Shown here: positions 33,801-46,487 of the stretch, piece after piece | Position numbering within the stretch: position 1 is the stretch's first letter | How the letters are laid out: each line of letters begins with the position of its first letter | DNA from: Mesotaenium endlicherianum | Lineage: Eukaryota | Length of the DNA: 50,916 nt | Assembly (NCBI GenBank): GCA_009602735.1 | Contig: WELA01000805.1 | Coordinates: 745,115-796,030 of the forward strand | Direction: 5' to 3' | Program-made: the position numbers and the translations under genes | The notes under the pieces: model-generated | Database searches by the model: none | What the model was told of the DNA's origin: nothing | What the model saw: only the letters and a program-made list of their open reading frames with translations

Positions 33801-35449
33801 CATGTGCAAATGTTACGCATGTGGAAGTAAATTCGTACTAGGAAGTGCCTAGGAAAGGTCATCCCACAAACCCGCCCGCCTCAGAGGGAGTAGATCCCGT
33901 AAGGTTCTAACACCGAAGAGCTGAGGGTTTTTACCCCGGAGGAGATTCCCACGAGGAGCGTAGAATAAGTCATTTGTTTCACCCGTTTGGGCGTCATTCC
34001 GAACGGGCCACATTGAAATGTGGCCTAATAGGCGTGTCCTGATTGGTCCGCGCCGTTCGTCGACGTGTTTCGGCCAAAGAGACTCGCTCTAAGGGGAGCG
34101 AGTCCTTTCGGCCCCCTTTGCCCGGTGAAATAGTGTGCGAGCAAGGGCGAGTGTTCTTCAAGTGGGGACGGCCCTGTCAGGGTCACCCATGCCGCTCAAC
34201 GACACGCGCCCAGAGCCTACTGACACAAGTGATCGGGCAGCGGGAGCTGCCAGGTTCACCCCTGCGGGCCGGTAATTTCAGCTCATTGCCCCACGTTGCT
34301 CATTGAGTTGTAACTGGCAAAGGCGAAGAGCCCTGAGAAGGCCACCTCTGTCGCCCGGCGACTGTGACCAAGGAACTTTGAAGTTCCTTGGCCCCACTTG
34401 GCCCCCTTGCCCGCTTCTACAACACATGAGAGGCAACGGGGAGCGGGCCTGTCAGGTCACCCCCGCCACCCGGTATCTTTGCAAATGAACTTAAGTCAAA
34501 TTTTGCTCTTTTTTCTTTGGACTTTTCTGACCAAGTACTCCATGATAACGTTATGGGCACACACGAGCTTAACGACGACCAATCAGAAGACGGCGGCCGT
34601 GACCATTTCAATCCTTGGTTTAGTTGCGGTTGTCATACTTAGAGCATTATCCCATTAGAGCATATTTCCTCGCCTGAGACGCTGCCTAAGACTATCTTGC
34701 GTGTGGACCGAAAACGAACTAATGGCCAACAGGCACGAAAGCACACTCGAGGCTCCTTAATTTGCCAAGCTGGCACTTAGGGAACTCCCTATAATTTGTC
34801 ACCTAGTTTCAGGCATATTTCTGTTGGCCGAGGTGATCGACTATGTTTTGTATAGGTCATGTCGGTGGTCGTTGGAGATTTTTATAGAAAAAACTCGCCT
34901 GTATGTTTCCAAACGCCTCCTCAAGCATCCCAATGCTATGATTGGGCGTTAAAGATACCCCTCGATTCTTGGCACACTCCCACCCACACTCCTGCACATT
35001 CCATTTCGAATTGCCTTTAGCGCAAACACGGGCAAAAGTTTTGAGACTATCGAATTTCACATTTTTTCCAAGAACACGAAGTATCACGCAACATCATTAA
35101 TGTGCATTTCGACATTCGAACTTGAACTGGAACCTCACGCAGGCACTCCCCAAGATCCGGTCAATAATACGTCAATGACAAGTGATGTCGGCGGCCAAAT
35201 CAGACGTGGCATAAGTCGCTTGAATAGGTTTGCGGTCCTATTGCGCCGTCGACGCGCTTCCCTAAAGCTTAGGGAGGGCGTTGCTGACGAAGCCTACGAG
35301 TTTAAGGAGCTCCCTATAAATTATGGGGAGCGCAAAACAGCGTAATGGGACAGCACCCTTAGCCCAAACTGCATGGTGCACTTGCATGAGGCGAAGAAGT
35401 CTTCTCCGGTTCCAAATTGAAGAAATTTTCCTCAGTTTCGCAAGCGAAG

Positions 35450-35610
35450 AAACGTTTCCGGTCACAATCTTTGCCTTTTGGCGTAGATATACCATTTTTG
35501 CATGTTGTTTCAGAGATCATGTTCTTCAATTTCCTCATGTAACGTAGAAAAAATTGTCTACGCCCTTGGCGGAGATGGGCGTAGATCCAATTCCTGGGGC
35601 GTTTTTCGGA
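35450..35610 (-). repeat. Dispersed repeat F, inverted copy
   Basis: Reverse complement aaaaacgccccaggaattggatctacgcccatctccgcc matches 36026 onward and 41086 onward. Confidence 0.75.
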
Positions 35611-36020
35611 GTTGGTTCATATTTTTGGCCAAACCGATTTCAGAGTGTGCTCTGGGCTATATAGTGCTACTAAACTTTGAATTTGCAACTCACGTGTAGA
35701 CGTTGGCAATATGTTCCAACTTAGGAAATTGTCGTGAGGTAAGAAGAGGAACAAACGAAGGCGTTGCGAGTGAAAAGCAATAGAAAAATGAGTATCAACA
35801 TATCACGCTCATATATCATATGTATTTACCAACTTCTTCACTCTAGAAGTGGTCCACGGTGCGACATATTTCAGGATCCCTACGATTTACTAGCAAGCGG
35901 TTGGGAAGTGCCCTAGGTCCTTAACATGATTCATCACGTTTTTTGGGACGCTCCCTAAATTGTAATATCAGGGTTCACAAAGTAGATTCGTTTGCATTCT
36001 GAAATTGGTTTGGGCCCGGA

Positions 36021-36860
36021 CGCCCAAAAACGCCCCAGAACTAGATCTCTCCCCATCTCCGTCCAAGGCTTATACGGATATTTTCTCCACTAACCCAGGC
36101 AAAGACGGAGAAAATGACATCTCCGCCACAGGCGGAGATGGTATTTCTACGCTCAATGGCAAATATTGTGTCTCTGAACAAATCTTCACCTTTGCCAAAA
36201 CTGTCAAAAAATGGCGAAGTATGGAAAGCCAATCCGAAAATGGTCACTTTCAAAAATGGTCATGGAAATTGACCACTTTGTTGTAAATGGTTAGTGCAAT
36301 TGGCCAAGTGTGCCAATAATGTTATTGTAGATCAATAAGTTAAAACAAATGAGAGGTTGACTCCCAATTTCACTTTGTTTGAGTTCGAGTCGTGGGGTGG
36401 CGGAAGTGATATGCACGTTTATTGGTCGAAAAATTGCGTAGTCGCACTGTGCATGGTCGCTCGTGGTCGCTCGGGCTCACGACAAATTAAGAATGGCCTG
36501 ATTGGCCCTAGCCTTTACGAGGAGCCCAAAGTCGACGGGTGGTAGGGGTACTTCTAACAAGCCTGTCCCCACTTGGCTTCCCCTCGCACCCCTGCTTCAT
36601 TCCTATTGGTCAACAATAGGTTGGTACCGAGGGGGGCTCTAACAAGCTCGTCCCCCTTGGCCCGGTCCCTTATATCAGCGCCGAGGGGGAGAAAGTCCTT
36701 GCCTCCCCCTTGCATGTGATTGGTCGAGGGCCGTAGGGTGTCCTTATTGCTGGTACACCCGTGGCCGCTCGAAAGATAATAAGTTATTTGTTTTCATGCG
36801 AGATGTGGGGAAGTGTGTCGTGGCCAAAAATCTGTTGCCACCAAGTCGCCCGCCGTGGCC
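36021..36860 (+). repeat. Dispersed repeat F (unclassified element end)
   Basis: cgcccaaaaacgccccagaact...ggcggagatggtatttc...aaaaatggtcatgg...tggtacacccg is collinear with 41081-41740. Confidence 0.7.
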
Positions 36861-36924
36861 TCCGCGTCAGCACTTAAGGTAACTTATTTACTAACTCTGC
36901 AGTCGGATGACCCCCGCTCGTCGT

Positions 36925-38192
36925 TGTCATGATTTATTGAGTCGAGGGCGTCGCACGTACCCGTGCTTCAAGCGTGTGAGCGATCAACCTCGGACAAGCA
37001 TTTGCCTCTTTGAATTTGTGTGATTTAGTCTATTATGTTGCTATGCTTGCATGCCTAGGGTATAGATGCCACGTGACAAGTCAACACTTGACACATGCGC
37101 TAGACCTACTTTAGGCATCAGGTACAAGTCACCGCCCGCTTGGTCCCAAGTAGCAGCTCAAGCTACCCGGCACTTAGGAGACAGTGCCTAAGAAGGCCAC
37201 GTGGCACCACCGGAAGGTGGCGGGCTCCAGTTTTGGCCCATGTCCCCCTCTCTGCCCGTCATCAAGCAACAGGAGCCACCATGGGCCACGTGGAGCCACC
37301 GGAAGATGGCGGGCTTCACGACTTGGCCCGGGTACACTTACGTACCCGTCACTCGGGCCCAGGCACTCCTAAGTGCCCGACACTCAAATGGCGAGGCCAC
37401 CAAGGGCACCCAGGGCCACCGACCGACAGCTGCAGCCCGTCGGTTGGCCCATGCGCACCCGACCAAGATGTGCTCAGCCGACAGGAACCGTCACAGCCTG
37501 CAAGAGTACCACAGCTTAGCGGGCAACCGTCCGATTGCACAAACATAAGTGTGCAAGCTTGTCTTACAAGCTTAGCATGTGCTAAAGTGAGCTCGACCTA
37601 TCACACGCATTTAGCATATTCTAGCATCTCGCTTTTGATTGGATTGAGTAGTAACTAGCCTATTGGAGCGCAAGCACAATAGGTACATGTGTGTGCGTGT
37701 AGAGGTAGATCTTAGATGAAGACTACATGCATTGAATCTGCGCCTAACGCGCCGGGTTTCCAGGATTATAAGTGCTAGAGATGTCCCTAGAGAGACATCT
37801 TTTTAGAAGTCCCATTATGCCAGTTGTAAGTCAGAGAGATTATCAGTAAAGCTTACACTTTTATCTCTTGTGTTTTCAGGACCACTTAGTCTCTCTCTTG
37901 TGAAGAGCAAGTCTTGCTGGCTTCCAGTCACTTGAAGAACTCTACAAGTGGTGAGCAAAGTCACAACTTAAACCCCTGCCATAGGACTACTCTTGAAGAT
38001 CATGATGTGCTTCCAGTGATCTTTTGGGCCATACTTCATTAGTTGCATTCCTACCGATGAAAACATCCAACGCTTGCCTCCCTCTTTGGCTATAAAGCCA
38101 CATGTTTTGTAGACTTCATTGCAGCAAAGCCTGCTTGCTTATTATGCATTGCTTGTGTCGATAGTACGCACCCGACCTCCTACCGCACGACA
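36925..38192 (+). mobile_element. Short non-coding X+Y element (1268 bp)
   Basis: Ends TGTCATG...CACGACA with a 4-bp TSD TCGT (36921-36924 and 38193-38196). 36925-38057 is collinear with 45189-46388 (X) and 38058-38192 with 50646-50779 (Y). Confidence 0.92.
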
Positions 38193-38599
38193 TCGTCGAG
38201 AGAGCCAAGGAGAGCCTTGGCACAAGTCGGGTGGCGAGGCTGCCCCACACAGGGTCGAATCCTTTTCTTCGACCAATCACATTTCTTTTAAACACCCATA
38301 TATAAGTTTGTATAGTTACCCTCACTCACCATGATCAGGCAACGGGCGCCAAATTAAATTCATACTTATTTTCAAGCGCTCATAGCGTCTGCCTGGGCTG
38401 GAGTCTGCCCTTCATGATTCAGGCCCTGCTGGGTTTGAACTTGATGGGTGTACAAACCCCGTCGGGTTTGGCTCTAGGTTGGCTTGGTGTCGAACCTCGT
38501 TGGATTTGGCCCAGGCTGGCCTAAGGTTAAGCCCTCTTGGGTTTGGCTCTAGGTTGGCCTGGAGGGTTAACCTTCCAAGTCATCCCCGCAAGATTTTTA

Positions 38600-39060
38600 T
38601 CTTGCGCGTCACACGATACACGTGCGGGAAAAGTCAATGGCATCCGCCATCGTGTCAGTCGTAAAATTTGGCCGCGACTGGAGCGACCAATTAAAAAAGC
38701 CAAATCGGATTCTGAGTGTCAGAGGATTGTCGAATTGCATTTACAAACGAGAACGACTTTCCTTTTGAAAGTCAATATGTTCATGGTTTTGGAAGCGGTT
38801 GCCGGCAAGCGACTTTGGAATGTAGTGCTTCAAGTGGTCTATTCTTATTGGTATAGGTAGTTGTTGATTGCGTCAAGGGTGCATTTTGATTGGCCAGCGT
38901 TTTTGTCATTTGCATGTAACTAAGTGGAGATGAGGCGGAGTGAGGCCGAGAAACGCCTTTCTCCGCCCCCAACTCTCCGGCGGAGAAATGGTCATCTCCG
39001 CCTTGAATAAACCTCTCCGAAAAGCGGCTATCTCCACTAGACCAATCTCAGAGTGTGGTA
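38600..39060. repeat. Dispersed repeat G, an inverted diverged copy of about 33340-33800
   Basis: See 33340-33800. There is a cluster of TCTCCGCC/GGCGGAGA motifs at about 38925-39040. Confidence 0.55.
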
Positions 39061-39277
39061 CTTCACGTTCAACCATCAAATCGTCAACGTTATTGAAAGT
39101 CGTCATTTTGAGTTCACAGTTGCTTTAATTGTTGTTTGTGATTAATCTAAATATAAGCACGTGTTCATAATGTAGTGTTATAGCCTCAAGAATTTCCACC
39201 TAAAATAAGAGATTGCAAAAGTCGTAAATGGTTATCAAATATCGATTTTGGTCTCCAACGTTTGATTAAACACACAT

Positions 39278-40930
39278 TGTAAGCGGACGCAAAGTGGTTG
39301 TTGACTTTCAAAGTAATGAATATGTATATTAATAGATATCATAATCTAGTAATTGTAGTAGTTTATTGTGCTGAATTTTAGCCCGCTATACTTTTAGTAA
39401 TATTCAATATAATGACTCATCCGATAGCGGCAGGCTTAAGTCAACTTACGTCAGCTTGTTGACACATTCTTTGATAGCCAGCTGACCGCCTTAACCCGTA
39501 CTAGCGAATTGCCTAGTATTGCTTCTAAGTGTGATATGCAAGATAAATGGCCAAATGACGCCTTGGGCGGATGGCGATTCGAGATGATGGGAGATGGTTG
39601 TGGATTTGGTTAGCCGAGGTCCTATTGACGTGGTTAAGTCCTATCCAACTCCGGGTAGGTGGTACCATCGCAGTTGCCGTTGAAGAGTAAACTCATTCCA
39701 TGTACATATACTAGAATTGCTTTCGAGTTTGACATTCAGAAAACTCTTTGTAGAGACTACTGAGGGAACATCTGAATCCAAATCTGCAAGTCGTTATACA
39801 ATTTGCTTACTAATATTGCTTATGTATGAGTGAATTGATTGCATTATTGATACTCCTTACTTGCATTTGACTTGAAGAGATTACTTACGCTAGTTGTGTC
39901 TTCTTCTGCTATTTAATGAGTTACCAAAAAATACCACAAAAAATTACTTATTGATATAAAAATCTTGTATTAATCGTTAATTGATTATAAGTAAGTTGAT
40001 TCATTTCAATAGTATCGAAGCTCTTATCACAATTCTCTTTGTATGGTGACGATGCGGTCTTAAATTTGCAACTCTCAAAATATGGAGGGTCAGAATAATA
40101 GTAACATGGAAGGTCGGTCAAAGAAACGTGAAGAAGAAATGTGTACCTACGCTGAGGATATTGCGGCTAGAGAAGCTAGAGAAGTCGAGGAGACTGCGCA
40201 TCAGCCATAGCCGCAATAGCAGCCCAGCAGGCTAAGGAAGAACGTGTCTGAAGAAAAGCTGAGCGTTGAGCCATGGTAGAAGAGGACACGGAAGCAGAAG
40301 GAAGGTGTCTTGCTGACGCCATGACGATGGAAGAAATGATGGCTGAAAGGGCCAATCATTTAAATCCACCTCATGTTGTACCTGCTGATGTACCTCTTGC
40401 TCAAATTTGCAAGCAGCTGAGCGAAACGGGGATTGCTAATGCAACAGCAAGAGGAAATGCTGAAGCAGCTGCTGAGTGAGCCAATGTTGTTGCTGTTGCT
40501 GTTGCTAGGTTACCACCCCAAAATGTGGACACTGGTGCATTGTTCATTCAGATGTAGTTACAAATGAACAATAAATATGAGACCCAGCAAGATGATAAGA
40601 GGATGTTGATGACTATGCTGCAAGGGAGGAACCAATTGGATTCTTAAATTGATTGCAGGGCAATAGCCGAGGGCTTAGTAGGCCAAAGCCAAAGGCTCCT
40701 CGGGACTATAAAGATGAAAGAAACAAGAACAATTATTTGATCAAATTTCTTGGTGATGTTGGTTGGAGAATTATCCCGACTCGCAAAACTCTGAGAAGAT
40801 CAGGCAAAGTGGTGCTTTGCTGAAAGGTAGCGCAGCAGATTGGTGGCTCTTCTGGAAGGAAGAAAAGAAAATAAATCAACTTGATGATTCCATGTGGGAG
40901 GAGTTTGTGAAAAAGTTGCATGATAAGTCT
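39278..40930 (+). mobile_element. Truncated, decayed Ty3/gypsy-type LTR retrotransposon (5' LTR, PBS, gag fragment)
   Basis: Candidate LTR TGTAAG(39278)...TTTCA(40008), followed by TAGTATCGAAGC, a 9/12 match to the tRNA-iMet PBS TGGTATCAGAGC. Then a broken ORF with gag-like EKIRQSGALLKGSAADWW...MWEEFVKKLHDK. The LTR start is tentative. Confidence 0.65.
40082..40930 (+). pseudogene. Retrotransposon gag fragment
   Basis: E/A/R-rich coiled-coil-like start, then PKPKAPRDY and the L.G.A..WW...W..F capsid motif. Multiple stops and frameshifts. Confidence 0.7.
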
Positions 40931-41080
40931 TCAGCTGTCTCTGCAGTGTTGGCTTGCTTGAAATTGCCGCTCTTTTTCTTGATTTGAAAATTAAAGTTAA
41001 CGGCCTCAAGCCAAAAGATTTTTCTTCTTTCTCAGGCACCATTGGCATCTTGGAAAGTCTACTTGATTACTCTGAGCCAA

Positions 41081-41740
41081 ACGCCCAAAAACGCCCCAGA
41101 ACTGGATCTACGCCCATCTCCGCCCAGGACGTAGACGGTTTTTTCTTCCCTAAGCTAGGCAAAGGTGGAGAAATGGACATCTGCACGATAGGCGGAGATG
41201 GTATTTCATTGCTCAAAGGCACAGATGTTGTCTAGGAACAAATTTTCATCTGGACCAAAATAGTCGAAAAGTCTAAGTATGGCACAATGGCAAGCCTTTC
41301 AAAAAATGGTCATGGTCGTTTTCCAACTTCGTTTCCAAGAGTTAAGTTGCTGAACATATAATGTTATTGTGACCACGTAGTCCAAAAAACTTTGAAAAAA
41401 GAAGCAAAAGGTACAACTTGTCAATGGTCCGAGATTGGCCGACCACAGTCGACCGGCTAGTTACTTGGACGTGGCCCAAGTCGTGGGCTGGCGGAAATGG
41501 GATTGACAAATCCGTCCCCCCTTGTTTGTTCCCTTTTGGACTTTCTTGTCAGCGAGGGGGGGTCCTCGCTTGTCCTTGACCCCCTCCTTATCCATGATTG
41601 ATCGTCGGGCAAGCATGGTCGTCGTTGTTGGTACACCCGCGGCCATGTTGTCAGGTCGATATATTTAGTTGACGCAAATTTGCGTCATGAAATCACGTTA
41701 TTGTGTCGGCACGGCTTGCTTGCCGTGCCGTTCAACTCAG
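41081..41740 (+). repeat. Dispersed repeat F, second direct copy
   Basis: Collinear with 36021-36860; interrupted at 41741 by an X+Y element. Confidence 0.7.
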
Positions 41741-42290
41741 TGTCGTGCATTAGGAGGTCGAGTGCGCATCAGCAGCATAAGCAATACACAAATGGGCAAG
41801 TAGGCTTTGGTGCAATGGAAGCGGAAATGCATGTGGTCTTAAGGCCAAAAAGAGGGTCAACTGTTAAATGTTTTAAGGCTGTAATTTGGTAGGACAACAA
41901 TTAATGAAGTATGGCCCAAAAGATCATTGGAAGCACATCATGATCTTCAAGAGAAATCCCTTGGCAGAGGTTTAAGCTTTGACTTTGGTCACCACTTGTG
42001 AAGTTCTTCAAGTGACTGGAAGCAAAGAGGGCTTGCTTTTCACAAGAGAGATTCTAAATGATTCTGAAAATACGAGAGATAAAAGTGTAAGCTTTAATGA
42101 TACCTCTGCTACTTACAAATGCCATAATAAACTTTTATAAATTTGGCCTTCGAAGGGCATCTACTGCTATATACTCCCTGCAAAACCAGCGCTGAAGGCG
42201 GCGGATTCAATGCACACAGTCACAATGGGAGGCTCTCCTATGTCCACGAAAATAGAGGCAAGGCGCGTACTAGCTCTTCTATTGGCTAAA
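41741..42290 (-). mobile_element. Truncated X+Y element
   Basis: Starts with tgtcgtgcattaggaggtcg (the Y end) and continues through the block gaagtatggcccaaaagatca...caccacttgtgaagttcttcaagtgactggaagc shared by all copies. The other end was not found. Confidence 0.8.
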
Positions 42291-42857
42291 TTTGCTCTTG
42301 CATAACAACAATTAGTCATTTGCGACTTTTGAGACCTTGAAAACTGCCACAAAATTTGCCATTTTATATGCTCTTTACACTCTTGTGGTATTCTTCTTAA
42401 TCCTGCACTGGAATCTTCTAGCAGTTTTGATATGCAAGTTCTTTGTCTTTCATAAAGGAAATCCTCCTTTGAGATTTCTTAATTGTAACTTCTTATGGTA
42501 CAAAGCACGGATCTTTAAGTGTCGGCAAAAGCGTGCCTTCTTGGGCTCCTTGTGGCCTTGGGAACTTCTTCTTCACGTCTTTCTCTTCCTTCCTCCTTCT
42601 CCTCTTCTCATCCTTCCTTCTGCTATTCTGGCAGAAATGTGGGAGAGAATGAGAGAAGTTTGTGCAAGGCTCGTGCCTTACCCAAGCACCATGAATGCCA
42701 GCATTCTTGAATTTAATGTTAGCTTAACTTATGTCAAAACAGTCATCGTGCACGCTTGCCTCGTAAACATCGCGCGTGACATCTCAACTTTTCGAGCAAT
42801 GTCCATGCTGACGTGGATTTTGAGGCCACTCCTATGTCATGGCAGTGCCACCGTGGC

Positions 42858-45188
42858 CGAAATGAATCTTGCCTTATTCAAGATATATATTTCATTTAAA
42901 TATACAAGATCAGAGCTATATAGAAGCATGTAATTGAGGGAGCAATCTTTGCCCTTACAATGAATTTCGTTTACTCACCTCTACCCCTTGACTCACTTAT
43001 CGTAGTGTGCCATAGTCTTACACTAACTCAAGGCATATGAAAAGTAGGAACTTGAGGACTAGAGCTTCTCCTCTAGAAAATCATGGCATTTTCCCTAACA
43101 AGCATACAAGCATGTATAAGCGCATACATAACATCAGAGGATTGAATAGCAAAGGCGTTCTCATTCAAATGACCATAATGTAGCTAAATCACATCTTACT
43201 GACAAAAATGAATCTTGCTTATTCACAATAAATATATTTCATTTAGGTATATAAGATCAACGATAGGTGGAAGCGTGTAAAATCAAGGAGCGATCTTTGC
43301 CCTTAGAATGAATTCCGTTTACTCATCTATTCCCCTTGACTCACTTACCGTAGTGTGCCATAGTTGCACACTAACACAAGGCACAAGAAAGAGGCGAGCT
43401 TGAGGACTAAAGCTTCTCCTTTAGAAACTCATGGCCTCTTGCCTACCAGGCATACAAGCATGTATAAGCACATACACAACACCAGGGGCTAAATAGCAAA
43501 GGCGCTCTCATTCAGATGACCATTATGTAGTTAAAACACATGCCACTGACTTAGGTGCAAAACTATGGAATCTGTTCGCTATGTGACCCCAAAATGTCAA
43601 AAAGGCATAACTCTGTCAATACTTCTCCAAATTGAGCACACTTAATGGAAATGGACGCATCTTGACAAGACCTTTTCAAAAAGTTCTAGTTCGCTCCATT
43701 TGCAGCACAGACAAAGACGCCATGTCAATTTCCGTGAAAGCTGGTCATAATAACGAACCCAAAAGTGCACACATCACTTGCAAGAAGAAAATTCGACTCT
43801 AAAGCCTCCTGTCCAGATTGAGGGACCACGAGATCCCAGCCTGCTATGTACCTAGTGACCACCTGCTTGACCACGGCGCAAGGTGCGCCGTTTCGTGGGA
43901 AACCCGTTATGTTGAGACCCACGGATCTAGGTATAACGACCATATTATTGGTCGGTTGACTGAAGTCCTAACTGTTCAGTTGATTGACAACGGCTCCGCT
44001 TACCCAGGAGTTAACCACACTGGTAGGACATCGGTTTACCAAATCTAGTCAACCTCCCGACTTTCAGTATACTACGATCACATGTGCCAATCTACAAATA
44101 ATAATACAAATGAATATATATATTCTCAGCGTACCGAAGCTAAGTATATTGACTAATATCAAACGAGCTTACTATATGTCAACCTACTGATATTATATCC
44201 TATACATATCTGATAAATAAATCTCAGCAAAGTATACTATGATACAAAAGTCATCCTGCTGACCTTTTCATCAAAGTCAGCAAACTACAATATGATACAA
44301 AAGTCATCCTGCTGACCTTTTTGACAAAGTAAGTAAATTCGCATTATATCGACATACATTCATTTAGATGAACTCGCACATGAAAGTATATTGACATAAT
44401 ACTTATTTAGTGCTGTATTTATACATGCAAATAATTAAATAAATAATGAACTGATTCATTACACTGACTTAGGTGCAAAACCATGGAATTTGTCCACTAT
44501 GTGACCTCGAGACATTAAAATAATAACTCAGTCAATACTTAACCAAATTGAGCACAATTAACAACAACGGCCGCGTCTCGACGGTGCTTCCAAATAGGTC
44601 TTGGTTGCTTAATTTGGTGCGCAGACGAAGACGCCATGTTCATTTAAGGAAAAGCTGGTCATAATAACGAACCAAAAATGCCGCACATGACTTGCAAGCA
44701 GAAATCCGATTGTAAAGCCTGTTGTCCGATATGAGGGACCACGAGCTCTCGGCCTGCTAGGTACCTAGTGACCACCTGGTTGACCACGCGTTAAGTTGGG
44801 ATCCACGGATCTAGGTGTAACGACCGTATAAATTGGTCGGTTGATCAAAGTCCTAATTGTTTAGTTGACTGACGACAACTTCGCCTTCCCAGGAATTGAC
44901 CACACTGGGAAGACATCGATTTACCGAATCTCAGTCGACCTCCCAACTTTCAGTATACTACGAATTGGTCACGTATGTCAATTTACATATAATTATCTAA
45001 ATGATGACATCTATCCTCCGCGTACTTAATCCAAGTGTACTGACTATTATTATGCGAGCTTACTATATATCAACGTACTAATGTTATATTTTATATATAT
45101 TGACAATCTGAGCAAACTTTACAATGATACAAAAGTCATCCCGCTGACCTTTTTCACAAAGTGAGCAAATTACACTATGAGACAAAAG
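42858..45188 (+). mobile_element. Family D solo-LTR-like element, outer copy (interrupted by 43204-44463 and again at 45189)
   Basis: 42858-43203 plus 44464-45188 is collinear with the inner copy. Contains 53-bp sub-repeats (gatacaaaagtcatcctgctgaccttttt). Confidence 0.65.
43204..44463 (+). mobile_element. Family D solo-LTR-like element, inner copy (1260 bp)
   Basis: Ends (aaa)AATGAATC...GATTCATTACA, with the first three bases of the left end degenerate. Flanked by CTGAC (43199-43203 and 44464-44468). Confidence 0.7.
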
Positions 45189-46487
45189 TGTCATGAATTA
45201 TTGAGTCGAAGTCGTTGCACGTACCCGAGCTACAAGCGTGTGAGCGATCAACCTCGAACGGGCACTTGCCTCTTTGCATTTGTGTGATTTAGTTTATTAA
45301 GTTGCTATGCTCGCATGCCTAGGGGATAGATGCCACGTGACAAGTCAACACTTGTCACGTGCGCCAGACCTACTAGACGCACCAGAGGTACGGGCCGAAT
45401 ACCCGTCCAAAACTGGACGGTGGCACTTGACTTTGTTTTCATAGCCACTACAGGCCGCAGGGACCCAAGCGACAGCCCGAAGCAAAGGCAACAAGGGTCG
45501 AGGAGGCCACGTGGAGCCATCGGAAGGTGGCGGGCTTCTGCGCTTGGCCCAGGCTCACCCGGCAGCCAGCCCGAGCACTTGATTGTGCTCGGCGCCAAGC
45601 GACGGGAGCCACCGAGGCCACGTGGCGCCACCGGAAGGTGGCGGGCACCTTAAGTGGCCCAAGGGCACTTAAATGCCCGTCACTCGAGCCCAGGCACTCC
45701 TAAGTGCCCGACACCCAAGTGGCGAGGCCACCAAGGGCACCCAGGGCCACCAACCGACAGCTGCAGCCCGTCGGTTGGCCCATGCGCACCCGACCAAGAT
45801 GTGCTCAGCCGACAGGAACCGTCACAGCCTGCAGGAGTACCACAACTTTGCGGGCAACCGTCCGATTGCACAAACATAAGTGTGCAAGCTTGTCTTACAA
45901 GCTTAGCATGTGCTAAAGTGAGCTCGACCTATCACAAGAATTTAGCATATTCTAGCATCTCGCTTTTGATTGGATTGAGTAGTAACTAGCTTATTGGAGC
46001 GCTAGCACGATAGGTATATGTGTGTGTATGCAAAGGTAGATCTTAGATGAAGACTACATGCATTGAATCCGCGCCTAACCCGCCGGTTTTCCTGGAGTAT
46101 AAGTACTAGAGATGTCCCTAGAGAGACATCTTTTTAGAAGTCCACATTATGCTAGTGGTAAGTCACAGAGATCACCAGTAAAGCTTACACTTTTATCTCT
46201 TGTGTTTTCAGGACCACTTAGTTTCTCTCTTGTGAAGAGCAAGCCTTGCTGGCTTCCAGTCACTTGAAGAACTTTACAAGTGGTGAGCAAAGTCACAGCT
46301 TAAAACCCTGCCATAGGACTACTCTTGAAGATCATGATGTGCTTCCAGTGATCTTTTAGGCCATACTTCATTAGTTGTATTCCTACCAATTTATAGTTTT
46401 GAGGTGCTCACTCTGGAGAGTACACACCCCTTACTCCTAAAAAGATCTCTCTTTGCTTCGCTTACAAGCATTTAGAATCTTCAGCGT

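Noticed and set aside
42337..42933. 198-aa hydrophobic ORF as a membrane or env-like gene
   Set aside because: It has a non-ATG start and no recognisable motif, crosses a repeat boundary, and its hydrophobicity follows from CT-rich sequence.
44238..44345. 53-bp periodic repeats as a CRISPR-like array
   Set aside because: There are only two units per element copy, the intervening sequences are similar, no cas genes are present and the context is eukaryotic.
36925..46388. The two X copies (36925 and 45189) as paired LTRs of one 9.5-kb retrotransposon
   Set aside because: The 36925 copy has its own TSD on both sides, and the sequence between the copies is a mixture of unrelated elements.
46477..46484. 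ATCTTCAG as a PBS for a tRNA-Phe half
   Set aside because: Only 8 nt are complementary to the anticodon arm, which is too short to support.
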